Part shown: piece by piece, positions 40,479 to 50,134 of the stretch
How the letters are laid out: each line of letters opens with the position of its first letter
Position numbering within the stretch: position 1 is the stretch's first letter
Assembly (NCBI GenBank): GCA_036804325.1
Contig: DAIRSQ010000002.1
Span: 4,521 to 68,520 of the forward strand
Length of the DNA: 64,000 bases
Reading direction: 5' to 3'
Source of the DNA: Candidatus Nanopelagicaceae bacterium
GTDB taxonomy: Bacteria > Actinomycetota > Actinomycetes > Nanopelagicales > Nanopelagicaceae
Position numbers and translations under genes: made by a program
The notes under the pieces: model-generated
The model's input: only the letters and a program-made list of their open reading frames with translations
The model's database searches: none
What the model was told of the DNA's origin: nothing

Positions 40479-40829
40479 TTATTCTGAGGGAAGAGCGCGT
40501 AAATGTCCACGTCGTCCGATAGTGGGTTGATTTTGTTGCGGATTCGACGTTATAACACTTCGTACAGCATCTGCAATCGCGAGTAAATCATCATCACTTG
40601 GACCGGCGGTATTTTCTTCACTTGCCAGGCGAATCAATTCCCAACCTTTTGGTGCTGTGAGTTTTGCGCCGTGCTCATTACACAAGTCATAACTGTGAGG
40701 CTCTGCGTAAGTTGCGAGTGGACCTAAGACAACAGTTGAATCACTGTAGATGTAGGTCAAAGTTTGAACAGCAGGGTGGACACACCCAGTGCGGGTGCAT
40801 CGCCTTGTTGCTGGACGTACTCTGGCCAT
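40479..40829 (-). CDS. DUF3499 family protein
   Basis: RRC.R.GC, TLTYIYSDST.VLGPL, EPHSYDLC, RRGHLR. Confidence 0.9.
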   Translation of the reverse strand: MARVRPATRRCTRTGCVHPAVQTLTYIYSDSTVVLGPLATYAEPHSYDLCNEHGAKLTAPKGWELIRLASEENTAGPSDDDLLAIADAVRSVITSNPQQNQPTIGRRGHLRALPSE

Positions 40830-40922
40830 GGATACACGTTATATCTGAATAACTTTCCAGGTTGGGATGCCACTCCGAGCAAACTTCACGATGAAATTGT
40901 TGCGGTTTGCGGCGTTAGAGCC

Positions 40923-42242
40923 CTAAGAGGCGCTCGGAATAAATAGCCGCGAATCGACCACTGGAAGAGTGGTTAATGCTGAAGCGAGCGCAGGGGCTAT
41001 TGAGGTAACTGCAACGCCTGAGTTATTCCCCGAAGTAAATCCCAGGTGCATCTGAGCACCGCCCGCGCTAATCCTTAGTTGGCGAATGCTTTTGGTAACT
41101 TTCCATATCGCCATCGAATCCACGTTGATAGTTTTCGTTCTTTTCTTGCCACCATCTCCGGTCGCTATCAACGTAACTTTTGGCGCATCAGAGACGATGC
41201 TCAACCATCCCGCCTGTTCTGGTAGAGAAATATTCTCTTCTGAGCTTTGATCGGCGCTACTAGCCCACGCCAATTCGGTGACCGCGCCACTCTTGCCAAA
41301 ATTTCCACGTGTCAGTACTGCTGCAACAGCCGCTTCGCTTGAATTTACTTTGATTGAAAATAGTCGGCTCTTAGGAAGCGATCCCAAATCTACTTCGACC
41401 ACCTTCTGCGATGGGATTCGTAATGAATCTAAGCCCACTGGAGCAAAAACGCCCGATGGAGAAATGTACGTCACCTGAATAATTGCATCACTCTCTCCTG
41501 GAACAAACAATCGCAATTTTTGAGAAGTGAGCTTGGATTTCTTTACAAGCGTGGCTCCAGGTACGCCGGGGATTATAATCGATTTACTTGGCGATACCGA
41601 TGGCGCAACGTAATCTCCACCGAAAGTCTTCAGTCCTTTTCTGCGCTCATCAAACAGCACAGCTTTGATTAATCCAGAACGCGAAACAATATGAAATACC
41701 GTCAATTTTTTCCCTGGCATAAAAGTTGTCAGTGAATAATTCTTTGTACTTCGCGCCGGAATCGTCAATGTTCGAGATGACTCTGATCCATCTTCACTCC
41801 ACAGTTCAACATCTATAATCGCTTTGCCAAGATTCTCGTTAATGAATTGGAAATACCCAAGACTTGTCACATCACTTGCGCCACCAACAAACCAAAACTC
41901 CCCTGCAGAAGCGCTGCATTGAGTCAGACCGAGCCATGTTTCGGATTTAGTGGAGACGACAAGAGGGGTAGGAGCGTTTCCGCTCATTACTCGCGCCTTC
42001 TCCGCTAGTGGAACCACTCGGTTCTTACCCTTTTTCAAAGTTCGATTCTTTCGATCCACGAGGGCGCTTTTTACATCTTTATTAGCCAAATGAATTTCGC
42101 CAGTAATCGCCCCATTCTTCGCAGGGCAAATAAAAGTAGAAACGCTCTCGACATACTCCCTTGTTTCTTGGTCACCTTCGAGTGCGTTGGCACTTGCTAT
42201 GAGTCCGATAAAAATAAAAAGAATTAAGAGTCGAGTTTTCAT
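40923..42242 (-). CDS. DUF5719-like exported protein
   Basis: Signal peptide, CP and C......WFVGG motifs; ATGA-coupled to the large glycosyltransferase as in related actinobacteria. Confidence 0.7.
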   Translation of the reverse strand: MKTRLLILFIFIGLIASANALEGDQETREYVESVSTFICPAKNGAITGEIHLANKDVKSALVDRKNRTLKKGKNRVVPLAEKARVMSGNAPTPLVVSTKSETWLGLTQCSASAGEFWFVGGASDVTSLGYFQFINENLGKAIIDVELWSEDGSESSRTLTIPARSTKNYSLTTFMPGKKLTVFHIVSRSGLIKAVLFDERRKGLKTFGGDYVAPSVSPSKSIIIPGVPGATLVKKSKLTSQKLRLFVPGESDAIIQVTYISPSGVFAPVGLDSLRIPSQKVVEVDLGSLPKSRLFSIKVNSSEAAVAAVLTRGNFGKSGAVTELAWASSADQSSEENISLPEQAGWLSIVSDAPKVTLIATGDGGKKRTKTINVDSMAIWKVTKSIRQLRISAGGAQMHLGFTSGNNSGVAVTSIAPALASALTTLPVVDSRLFIPSAS

Positions 42243-45200
42243 GAGACCTCCTCATCAGGAAGTTCACGTTGTCGTCGTCCACGAGGCAGAGCGAAGAACA
42301 ACAAGAGCCCAAACGCTGCCAACTGGAGCGCAATCCCTGCTCGGTGAGCCGTTCCTTCATGAAATAGAACTACTCGACCCATCTCTGGAATCTCAAATTG
42401 AGTCAAACCCAATTCAGACTTAGTTGGAAGGAGAACTTTTCCCGCATGTAGTGCGCGCCAACGAGGATTAAATACTTCTGCGAGTTGAACCGTTCCCGGC
42501 GATGGAACATCAAATTCTGCACCTACTGCTTCCGATGGAAGTTCGAGAATCTCGCTCTCTGATTTTCCATCGTTGTCGCCTTCCACTACACGAGGCGAGA
42601 ATTTGATTCGAGAAGTTAATCCAGAGATTTGCCACAAAATGCCATCGCTCGTTGCGGAGAGCCTAGTTAGACCACCAATTCCGTCAATCTTCCTGGCAAG
42701 AGAATTATTTTTCTTCCCATCCTCCAAATACAAATAACGTATTCCAAATTCTGCCAGAGTCGCTGCTGGAGCATCACCCACTCCAGCAGTTATTTGACTT
42801 ACAGTCTTCGTCAAGAGTGGCACCTCTGCAGGCAGAGCCGACAACTCGCCCATTTGTAGATCTCGATCTCGCAGCACAACAAAGGCGAAATTTTTAACAC
42901 CTTCCATCTCTTCGCTCTTTAGTATCAAAGTTTTTGGTCTATCAGAATTTGTGGTGGCTGCGGAGATAAACGCTGGCAAAACAGAAGAACTCACTGATCT
43001 CACTGGAGCACTCGCTGCGCTTGTCGCCCACCAAAACAGGTTTGTCGAAACCGAGTACAGAGCGATGATTCCAACCAATGCGGTCGCAAAATGAGCTCGC
43101 CCCAAAGATGACTCTCGCAGCCGCCTTAGGCGCCCCATGCTTAAGCGCGCAAATGCAACTGATGAAAAACAGATTGATACCGCGAGGAAACCTCCTGGCC
43201 ATACTCCCGATTTAAGGGAATTCCCAATCGGTGCGATAGAGAGCGCAGAAATAAATCCTGCCATTGCAAGAGTTCCGAGAATTACCCACGATTGAGCAAA
43301 AGCTCTCCGTGAAAAGAGCGAGACAACTCCCATGATTAGGGAAATACCAATCACATAAGTTGGAATTGCATTTAGCGGCTGGAGGTTGCCAGTGAGCACG
43401 CGAAGTGGCGGACCAAAGTCCACTGGGATGCCTTGATCCAGGAGAAGAGATTTCGGTGATGTTATATGTGACAGACTCCATGGGGCCAACGCGCAGAACG
43501 ATCCAAAAAGAATCGTTCCATATTGCAGAGCATATCTCGTTAACAGATTACCTTCACGTCTTAACATCCACAGATGGACACCAATAAAGATTATCGCTAG
43601 TACATAAATTTGGAATGAGAGTGCAGAAAGAAGCGTAAGTAGCAACGCCATGGCGCAAGTTCGTCGCCAACTCATCATTTTTATCTCTGAGTAATTCTCT
43701 CCCTTAAACGCAAGGAGTGCGAGTGGCACAATGACAATCAACAGCACTGTGCTCAAGTAGCCAACATTTATGGAAATAAGTAAGAGGGCTGATGATCCGT
43801 AAAGTAGCGCACTGGTCGCTGAAATCCATTGACCTGCACCATTCTTACGAACGAGTAGATACATCGACCACATCGCAAAAACTGGTGAAAAAATCATAAG
43901 TAGGGTTACAAATCGCGCTGGGTTTCCGCCAGCGATAAAGGAGGCAAGCGCAAGTAGCGCGCTAAACGGGTGCGTTGCGTTTGGTGAGCCAACTCCGAGC
44001 GCATGCCACGATTCACCATAACTTCTCAGGAGCGCTCCAGAGCTCTCCCCTGCAATTGCAAGCGCTCCTCCAGCTAAATCACCAAATCGCGCTCTACTTG
44101 CAATGAGCGAGAAGATTGTTAGCGAAAATGATGTGAGGAATAGCGGGCGCGTAAAAGTTTCACGCCAAAAATGAGAATTTGAAGGTGCGAGCAATTCGCT
44201 TTCATCAGAATCTGTATTACCAGTTAAATCTGTCAAAGAGAGATTCCCAACTGTTGGTTCAGGAACTCTTTCGATTCGGCGGAGCAAGAGATCTCTAACA
44301 CGTAGCGCACCTAATTTGATCTGCTCACTCCATGGTGCAAGAAATGGACGAATGACCCGCGCTGGGAGGAGTCGCTTTTTTCTTCTCGAGGTACGCGCTA
44401 TTCGCAATCGATCCAACCGAGTGAATAAGAGCGCCACCGCAGCAAGTTCATCGAGCGCATACCCAGGGAGTTTGGCTAGTAGGTAACCAAGCGCTCTCAC
44501 CAATGATGATGCGAAGATGCGCAGTGCAATCCAGGGCAAGGTCCACAGTGGCAAATTGGCCAGAAGGACAAAGGCAGCGTGCCTTCGATCGAGTAAATGA
44601 GGGCGATGGAATGCGCCACCGGCAACATCAATTGGTCGACGTTCCGTTGCTGCAGCTTCAGCATGAAAAAGTTTTGCACTCGTCACGCAAATCACTTCGT
44701 AACCAGCCATCCGAGCGCGCATTCCAAAATCGACATCATCGCGAAAGAGCGGCAGGTTGGGGTCAAAACCACCAATCTCTTCAAAGAGATCTCGTCGAAT
44801 AAGAGCCCCTGCTGTGCTCACTGCTAAAACTGGAATCACACCATCGCCATCGTGTTGACCTTGGTCACGTTCGTTACGTTCAAGGCCAGTCCACCGCGCT
44901 CCGTTATGGGCGAGAGTGATTCCTATCTCCAAGAGGTGGCTCCGATCGTGCCAACCGAGAATTTTTGGACCAGCAACGCCCACATTGGGCCGTTCGGCAA
45001 CTGCGTGGAGAAGTTCCGCTAGGGCATCTGGAGTTGGCGCGCAATCATCATGGAGGAGCCAGAGCCATTCGCTCTCCCGATCACTCGATTCGCCGGACTC
45101 AGAGATAACTTGATGGACTGGTGGTAACTGGGCTACCGCCAACGCAACTGCTTCACCAAAGCCATAGTCTTGCGGGGCATCAATGAGGTCGATCCGAGAG

Positions 45201-45394
45201 TTTTGCAACAGGTCACGCGAGCTATCGGTAGATCCCGTATCTACAGCGATGAGGAAATCAGGTCCGCGGAGCTGACTTGAAAGGGCAGCCACCACTTCAG
45301 GGAGCCAACGTGCGCCGTTATGGCTAACCAAAATCGCGCTCACTCGTTGTGGGATGGGTGGGTTGAGCTCACTCTCCGCAGGGGCGACACTCAT
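42239..45394 (-). CDS. Large GT2 glycosyltransferase with multi-TM C-terminal region
   Basis: VDTGSTD, WLWLLHDD, GPK, GGFDP.LPLFRDD.DFG.R; many TM helices; 1051 aa. Confidence 0.9.
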   Translation of the reverse strand: MSVAPAESELNPPIPQRVSAILVSHNGARWLPEVVAALSSQLRGPDFLIAVDTGSTDSSRDLLQNSRIDLIDAPQDYGFGEAVALAVAQLPPVHQVISESGESSDRESEWLWLLHDDCAPTPDALAELLHAVAERPNVGVAGPKILGWHDRSHLLEIGITLAHNGARWTGLERNERDQGQHDGDGVIPVLAVSTAGALIRRDLFEEIGGFDPNLPLFRDDVDFGMRARMAGYEVICVTSAKLFHAEAAATERRPIDVAGGAFHRPHLLDRRHAAFVLLANLPLWTLPWIALRIFASSLVRALGYLLAKLPGYALDELAAVALLFTRLDRLRIARTSRRKKRLLPARVIRPFLAPWSEQIKLGALRVRDLLLRRIERVPEPTVGNLSLTDLTGNTDSDESELLAPSNSHFWRETFTRPLFLTSFSLTIFSLIASRARFGDLAGGALAIAGESSGALLRSYGESWHALGVGSPNATHPFSALLALASFIAGGNPARFVTLLMIFSPVFAMWSMYLLVRKNGAGQWISATSALLYGSSALLLISINVGYLSTVLLIVIVPLALLAFKGENYSEIKMMSWRRTCAMALLLTLLSALSFQIYVLAIIFIGVHLWMLRREGNLLTRYALQYGTILFGSFCALAPWSLSHITSPKSLLLDQGIPVDFGPPLRVLTGNLQPLNAIPTYVIGISLIMGVVSLFSRRAFAQSWVILGTLAMAGFISALSIAPIGNSLKSGVWPGGFLAVSICFSSVAFARLSMGRLRRLRESSLGRAHFATALVGIIALYSVSTNLFWWATSAASAPVRSVSSSVLPAFISAATTNSDRPKTLILKSEEMEGVKNFAFVVLRDRDLQMGELSALPAEVPLLTKTVSQITAGVGDAPAATLAEFGIRYLYLEDGKKNNSLARKIDGIGGLTRLSATSDGILWQISGLTSRIKFSPRVVEGDNDGKSESEILELPSEAVGAEFDVPSPGTVQLAEVFNPRWRALHAGKVLLPTKSELGLTQFEIPEMGRVVLFHEGTAHRAGIALQLAAFGLLLFFALPRGRRQRELPDEEVS

Positions 45395-45479
45395 ACCGCC
45401 AACCCTAAGGTGCGAGAGCGAAAAGTGGGTTACTGGCCCCGTAATTGGCTAGATATTTGGGTGGGCAAAGAGCGGAGGA

Positions 45480-45496
45480 GCGCCCAGGCAGGGCGC
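45480..45496 (-). terminator. Possible intrinsic terminator or stabilising hairpin after whiB2
   Basis: GCGCCC-N5-GGGCGC 17 nt after the stop codon; pyrimidine-rich tail but no clean U tract. Confidence 0.3.
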
Positions 45497-45513
45497 GTTC
45501 ACATTACGAGGGG

Positions 45514-45774
45514 TTATGCAGGGCGACGTTTCAAGCGGCGACGCTCGCGCTCGGAGAGACCGCCCCAGATTCCAAATCGCTCATCGTGGGCAAGTGCATA
45601 ATCCAAACATTCACTTCGAACATCGCAAGAGAGGCATACGCGCTTTGCCTCGCGAGTTGATCCACCTTTCTCGGGGAAGAAAGCCTCTGGATCGGTTTCG
45701 GCACAGAGCGCACGCTCTTGCCACGAAAGTTCGGCGGGATTTCCACCCTCGAACGGAGTGAGCGGTGTGCTCAT
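45514..45774 (-). CDS. whiB2: WhiB-family transcription factor WhiB/WhiB2 (WhmD)
   Basis: WQERALCAETDPEAFFPEKGGSTREAKRVC..C, GIWGGLSERERRRLK. Confidence 0.94.
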   Translation of the reverse strand: MSTPLTPFEGGNPAELSWQERALCAETDPEAFFPEKGGSTREAKRVCLSCDVRSECLDYALAHDERFGIWGGLSERERRRLKRRPA

Positions 45775-45808
45775 CTACTAGCCCCTAACATGTCTAAGAG
45801 AAGTACCT

Positions 45809-45844
45809 AGGGAGAATTACACGCGTGTAACTCCCTTTCGTCAA
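45809..45844 (-). promoter_or_regulatory. Housekeeping-sigma promoter of whiB2 overlapped by a palindromic operator-like site
   Basis: Minus strand TTGACG (45844-45839)-N17-TGTAAT (45821-45816); perfect palindrome TTACACGCGTGTAA at 45817-45830. Confidence 0.7.
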
Positions 45845-45863
45845 GTTCGAGGCGCTAGAAAAA

Positions 45864-46880
45864 TTATTTATTGTCGCCAATTTGTCGACTATTTGCCGGG
45901 ATATACACCTTCTCGCCACCGAGTATCACGCCATGCAAGTGCGCGCCCTCCCCGATACGAGCGCCATTACCAATGATTGATGCAGAAATAGTGGCGCCTT
46001 CCCCGACTACAACGTCGTCGCCAATCACGCTCCCGGTAACGATGGAATCTGCGCCCAACTTCGACCTTCCAATAGCGGAGCCCTCTGAGACTTGGGCGCC
46101 ATTTCCAATCTGAGCAAGTGGATCGAGGAAAACTTTCTTCTCTGTGACGTGGAAAACCGGAGAGCGAAATTCTCCAGTTACTAAATCGGTAGTTGCTTTT
46201 AAAAATGCCGCAGGAGTTCCAATATCTATCCAGTAGCTTGAACTTTTATATGCCATCATCACTTTGCCATCAGTTAATAATTTAGGAAAAGTTTCACGCT
46301 CAACGCTCACAACTCTATCTGCAGGAATTTCATCGATGAGTTTTCGCGTGAAGATATAGCACCCAGCATTTATGAAGTTTGTAGGTGGAGCCTCTGATTT
46401 CTCAACAAATTCAAGTATTTTTCCGGAGCTATCTGTCGGGACCGATCCATAGGGGCGGGCATCGGGAACTTGAATCAAATGGAGCGTGGCATCCGCATCC
46501 CGCTCTTGATGAAAAGCTACTTGAGCTCTCATATCATGAGCGCTCAAAATATCTCCATTAAGAATTGCGACCGGTTCGGCGCTCGCGCTCTCTAGAAATG
46601 AAACGGCATTTCGAATAGCGCCACCAGTACCAAGTGGTTCCTTCTCAATAGCATGAACGATTTCAACTCCGAAATTTGAGCCATCCCCTAAATACTCGAG
46701 AAATTGCTCATTCTTGTAAGAAATGGCCATGATGATTCGTGTTACGCCGTGTTCTTTCGCATAACCTATTTGATGCGCGACAAAAGGAACTCCACCAAGT
46801 TTGAGCATTGGTTTTGGCGTATCTAATGTAAGTGGATGTAGTCGAGTTCCTTTGCCACCAACAAGAAAAATTGCTTCCAT
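45864..46880 (-). CDS. Mannose-1-phosphate guanylyltransferase (NDP-sugar synthase)
   Basis: LVGGKGTRL.PLT...PKPML, EPLGTGG, NGD, INAGCY, SVERETFP, hexapeptide-repeat tail. Confidence 0.92.
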   Translation of the reverse strand: MEAIFLVGGKGTRLHPLTLDTPKPMLKLGGVPFVAHQIGYAKEHGVTRIIMAISYKNEQFLEYLGDGSNFGVEIVHAIEKEPLGTGGAIRNAVSFLESASAEPVAILNGDILSAHDMRAQVAFHQERDADATLHLIQVPDARPYGSVPTDSSGKILEFVEKSEAPPTNFINAGCYIFTRKLIDEIPADRVVSVERETFPKLLTDGKVMMAYKSSSYWIDIGTPAAFLKATTDLVTGEFRSPVFHVTEKKVFLDPLAQIGNGAQVSEGSAIGRSKLGADSIVTGSVIGDDVVVGEGATISASIIGNGARIGEGAHLHGVILGGEKVYIPANSRQIGDNK

Positions 46881-46906
46881 AGTAATTCTCGATAACTTCG
46901 AATTGC

Positions 46907-47986
46907 TCAGATGGTTTGCGAACTCAAGCGCTTGGCGGCGCGGGAAATGTCATCATCTGTCGCAGTAAGAGCTACTCGGACAAAGTTTGCGCCGCGCTCA
47001 CCGTAGAACTCTCCTGGTGTCACCAAAATTCCACGCTCTGCTGCCCAAGCGACTGTCTTCCAACACTCTTCGCCACGTGAAACCCAAAGATACAAACCCG
47101 CCTCGGAATGAGAAATCTCAAAACCAGCAGCGGTCAGTGCAGCAGCTAGTTTTTCGCGGCGAGCGCGATATCGCTCTTTTTGACTCTTAATATCCTCAGG
47201 GTGCGCTAACGCTCCGGCCATCGCGCGTTGAATGGGGGCAGGCATTATCAAACCCAGATGTTTACGTACTTCGCGAATTCTTGCGATCAATCGTGAATCT
47301 CCAGCAATAAAAGCGGCGCGATAGCCAGCAGCGTTAAAACTTTTTGAAAGCGAGTGCACAATTAAAATCCCTGAGGTATCTCCGTCGCACACCTGAAGTA
47401 AGGAGACTGGGTCGCTATCCCAACCCAGTTCGATATAACACTCATCGCTGGCCAGAATTGTGTTGGTCTTGCGAGCCCATTGAATGATTCCCCGTAATTG
47501 CGCAGAGCTTAAAACGCGACCATGCGGGTTTGCTGGGGAATTAATCCAGAGTAAATCTGCATCAACTGGCCAGGTAGCAAGGTCATCACTGACTGGAACA
47601 ACTTCTGCACCGGCAACAAGTGCGCCGACTCGATATGTGGGATAGGCGATCTCTGGGATTAAAACTTTCTTCGCCTGAAGAAAGGTGGGAAGGAGCCCGA
47701 CCAGCTCCTTCGAGCCAATCGTGGGTAAAAAATCCATCAAGACATCGGGACTTTCATTTAAGTATCGACTACGTATCCAACGCTCTAGCGCTTGCCTAAG
47801 TTCCGAGCTGCCGATGGTCAAGGGATACCCCGGTGCATTTCCGCTTGCAGCAAGTTCGCGCTGCATCGATGAGGGCGAATCATCGACGGGGGTTCCAATC
47901 GAGAGATCTACCAAACCGTCAGAGTGTGCGCTGGCAATTTTTTTATAGGGCGCAAGTAAGTCCCAGGGAAAATCAGGGAGATTCAC
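46907..47986 (-). CDS. dapC: Succinyldiaminopimelate transaminase
   Basis: LPDFPWD, DLSIGTPVD, GSKELV, SDECY.ELGW, HSLSK; directly downstream of fdxA. Confidence 0.92.
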   Translation of the reverse strand: MNLPDFPWDLLAPYKKIASAHSDGLVDLSIGTPVDDSPSSMQRELAASGNAPGYPLTIGSSELRQALERWIRSRYLNESPDVLMDFLPTIGSKELVGLLPTFLQAKKVLIPEIAYPTYRVGALVAGAEVVPVSDDLATWPVDADLLWINSPANPHGRVLSSAQLRGIIQWARKTNTILASDECYIELGWDSDPVSLLQVCDGDTSGILIVHSLSKSFNAAGYRAAFIAGDSRLIARIREVRKHLGLIMPAPIQRAMAGALAHPEDIKSQKERYRARREKLAAALTAAGFEISHSEAGLYLWVSRGEECWKTVAWAAERGILVTPGEFYGERGANFVRVALTATDDDISRAAKRLSSQTI

Positions 47987-48005
47987 GGCGCTGCGCTCCA
48001 GTTCC

Positions 48006-48320
48006 CTACCCTTTCGGGCGAGCCACTACTACTGGATGGTCACTCTCTTGTGCGCCAACTTTGCTTGCGCCTCCGGGTGACCCGAGTTCATTAAAGAACT
48101 CCTCATTTACAGATTTAAATTCGCTGTACTCCCCGGGCACATCATCTTCGTAATAGATAGCCTCAACTGGGCAGACTGGCTCGCATGCGCCGCAATCAAC
48201 ACACTCATCTGGCTGGATGTAAAGCATCCGACCGCCTTCGTAGATGCAATCCACTGGGCACTCTTCAATGCATGATTTATCTTTCACATCGATACATGGC
48301 CCTGCGATGATGTATGTCAC
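48006..48320 (-). CDS. fdxA: 7Fe ferredoxin FdxA
   Basis: PCIDVKDKSCIEECPVDCIY, CVDCGACEPVCP, LGSPGGA. Confidence 0.96.
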   Translation of the reverse strand: MTYIIAGPCIDVKDKSCIEECPVDCIYEGGRMLYIQPDECVDCGACEPVCPVEAIYYEDDVPGEYSEFKSVNEEFFNELGSPGGASKVGAQESDHPVVVARPKG

Positions 48321-48517
48321 GAAACGCTCCTACTCTGTAGACCTAACTAACAGTTCTAGATCCGTTCTGGACCCGCTTTACAAACCAATATTCTCCCACG
48401 GGAAAATGTGAGGCTAATTATGCTGCCTCCTCCACCAATTTCCACTCTATGCTGGAATATGCCGCCTCGTCGGAGAAACGGCCGGGTTTAAAGGTGAGAA
48501 GTAAGGGGGCGTGACTC

Positions 48518-48721
48518 ATGGGTTATCCAGCGCGCATAGCGCCCCCAGATACTTCCACTATCGGTGCGAAAGTATCAATCCGTATCCACGACGAGGAGCC
48601 AGGAAAATTTCGCGACCTCCTTGGTCACTTGGTCGACCTGACCCACGTTAGGGACAAGAATGGCGTTATTAAAGAATTTAATCCCGAAAAAATTGTCGCG
48701 TGGAAAGTAGTAAGCAAATAA
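48518..48721 (+). CDS. Small SH3/Sm-like protein (stand-alone N-terminal domain of Rv0428c-like acetyltransferases)
   Basis: SD AAGGGGG; G.KVSIR, DLLG.L, IVAWKVV pattern; divergent from fdxA. Confidence 0.6.
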   Translation: MGYPARIAPPDTSTIGAKVSIRIHDEEPGKFRDLLGHLVDLTHVRDKNGVIKEFNPEKIVAWKVVSK

Positions 48722-48727
48722 CATGAA

Positions 48728-50134
48728 GTGGCAACGTCGGTGAATCTTTACGACACTAAAGAGCAACAGCTGGTAGAAGTGGTACCCGCTAAGAGCGGCA
48801 CGATTGACATCTATTGTTGTGGCCCGACCGTTTATCGATTTGCACATGTTGGAAATTTACGGACTTTTCTTCTTGGTGACTTGGTGCGCAGAACTCTCAC
48901 AGCTGAAGGGCAAAAATTTAGATATATCCAGAACATCACCGATGTTGGCCATCTCAACGACGATATCCATATCGACACTTCCGACGATAAAATACTGGCT
49001 CAAGCAAAATTAGAGAATAAAGGCCCCTTTGAAATTGCCCAATTTTATGAGAGCGCTTTTCATCGCGATTTAGCAGCGCTCAATATTCTCGAAGCAGATG
49101 CATACCCAAAAGCCAGTGAGTCGATAAGTTTGATTGTGGACTTGATTGCACAATTGATTTACATCGGCGCTGCGTATCAAGGAAATGATGGTTCGCTCTA
49201 TTTTGCTGCTCGAAGTTTCAAAGATTATGGCGCTATTAGCAAGAACTCCCTCGATCAATTACGAGCTGGATACCGATATAACCCGGCAGAATCCCTTGAG
49301 GGGGAAAAAAGCGAGGCCAAGCGCTTTCATGCAGATTGGGCGCTCTGGAAATCAGCTTCAGAGAATCGAGAGATGACCTGGCCCACACCTTGGGGCGTTG
49401 GATTCCCTGGTTGGCATATTGAGTGTTCGGCGATGTCTATTCATTATTTCCCAAGTGGAGTTTCACTTCATCTTGGTGGCATTGATTTGCGCTTTCCGCA
49501 TCATGAAAATGAACGCGCCCAAAGTAATGTTGCGACAAACTCAGAATTTGTTCGTCAATGGGTCCATGGTGAGCATCTTCTCTTTGATGGTAAAAAAATG
49601 GCTAAGAGTTCAGGGAATGTTCTCCATGTTGCTGACCTCATTGAGCGAAAGATCGACCCACTAGCGCTCCGATTACTCTTCCTGGAAAATCATTACCGCA
49701 CACAGATGAACCTGACATGGGAGAGCATTGAGGCTGCGGATGTGCTCTTGAAAAGGTGGCGAAAGAAAATTGCCGCCTGGCCTGCCGGTGGTGAAGTTGA
49801 TTCCGCACTGGTCACTTCTGTCATTGGAGATTTCAGCAATGATCTCGACACTGGTGCTGCTCTCTTGAAGCTGCGCACATTTGAGCGTGATGAGAGCGTT
49901 CCCGAACCAACACGGCGAGCTACATTTCTTGCGCTTGAGCCTCTTTTAGGTTTATCGCTCGAGCATGTAGCAAAGCACGATTTACCACCAGGAGCCGAAA
50001 CTTTATTATCAGAGCGAGCCGCGGCGCGAGCAAGTAAAGATTGGCAACGGAGCGATCAGCTAAGGGATGAACTCTTGCAGCTAGGCGTCCGAGTGATTGA
50101 TGGGCCGGGCGATCAACAGTGGGAAATTATCTAA
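48728..50134 (+). CDS. cysS: Cysteine--tRNA ligase
   Basis: CGPTVY..AHVGN, GWHIECSAM, FPHHENE, KMAKS, C-terminal anticodon-binding helices. Confidence 0.93.
   Translation: MATSVNLYDTKEQQLVEVVPAKSGTIDIYCCGPTVYRFAHVGNLRTFLLGDLVRRTLTAEGQKFRYIQNITDVGHLNDDIHIDTSDDKILAQAKLENKGPFEIAQFYESAFHRDLAALNILEADAYPKASESISLIVDLIAQLIYIGAAYQGNDGSLYFAARSFKDYGAISKNSLDQLRAGYRYNPAESLEGEKSEAKRFHADWALWKSASENREMTWPTPWGVGFPGWHIECSAMSIHYFPSGVSLHLGGIDLRFPHHENERAQSNVATNSEFVRQWVHGEHLLFDGKKMAKSSGNVLHVADLIERKIDPLALRLLFLENHYRTQMNLTWESIEAADVLLKRWRKKIAAWPAGGEVDSALVTSVIGDFSNDLDTGAALLKLRTFERDESVPEPTRRATFLALEPLLGLSLEHVAKHDLPPGAETLLSERAAARASKDWQRSDQLRDELLQLGVRVIDGPGDQQWEII

Noticed and set aside
48728..50134. mshC rather than cysS
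   Set aside because: Has CGPTVY and a C-terminal anticodon-binding region; MshC has CGITPY and lacks that region
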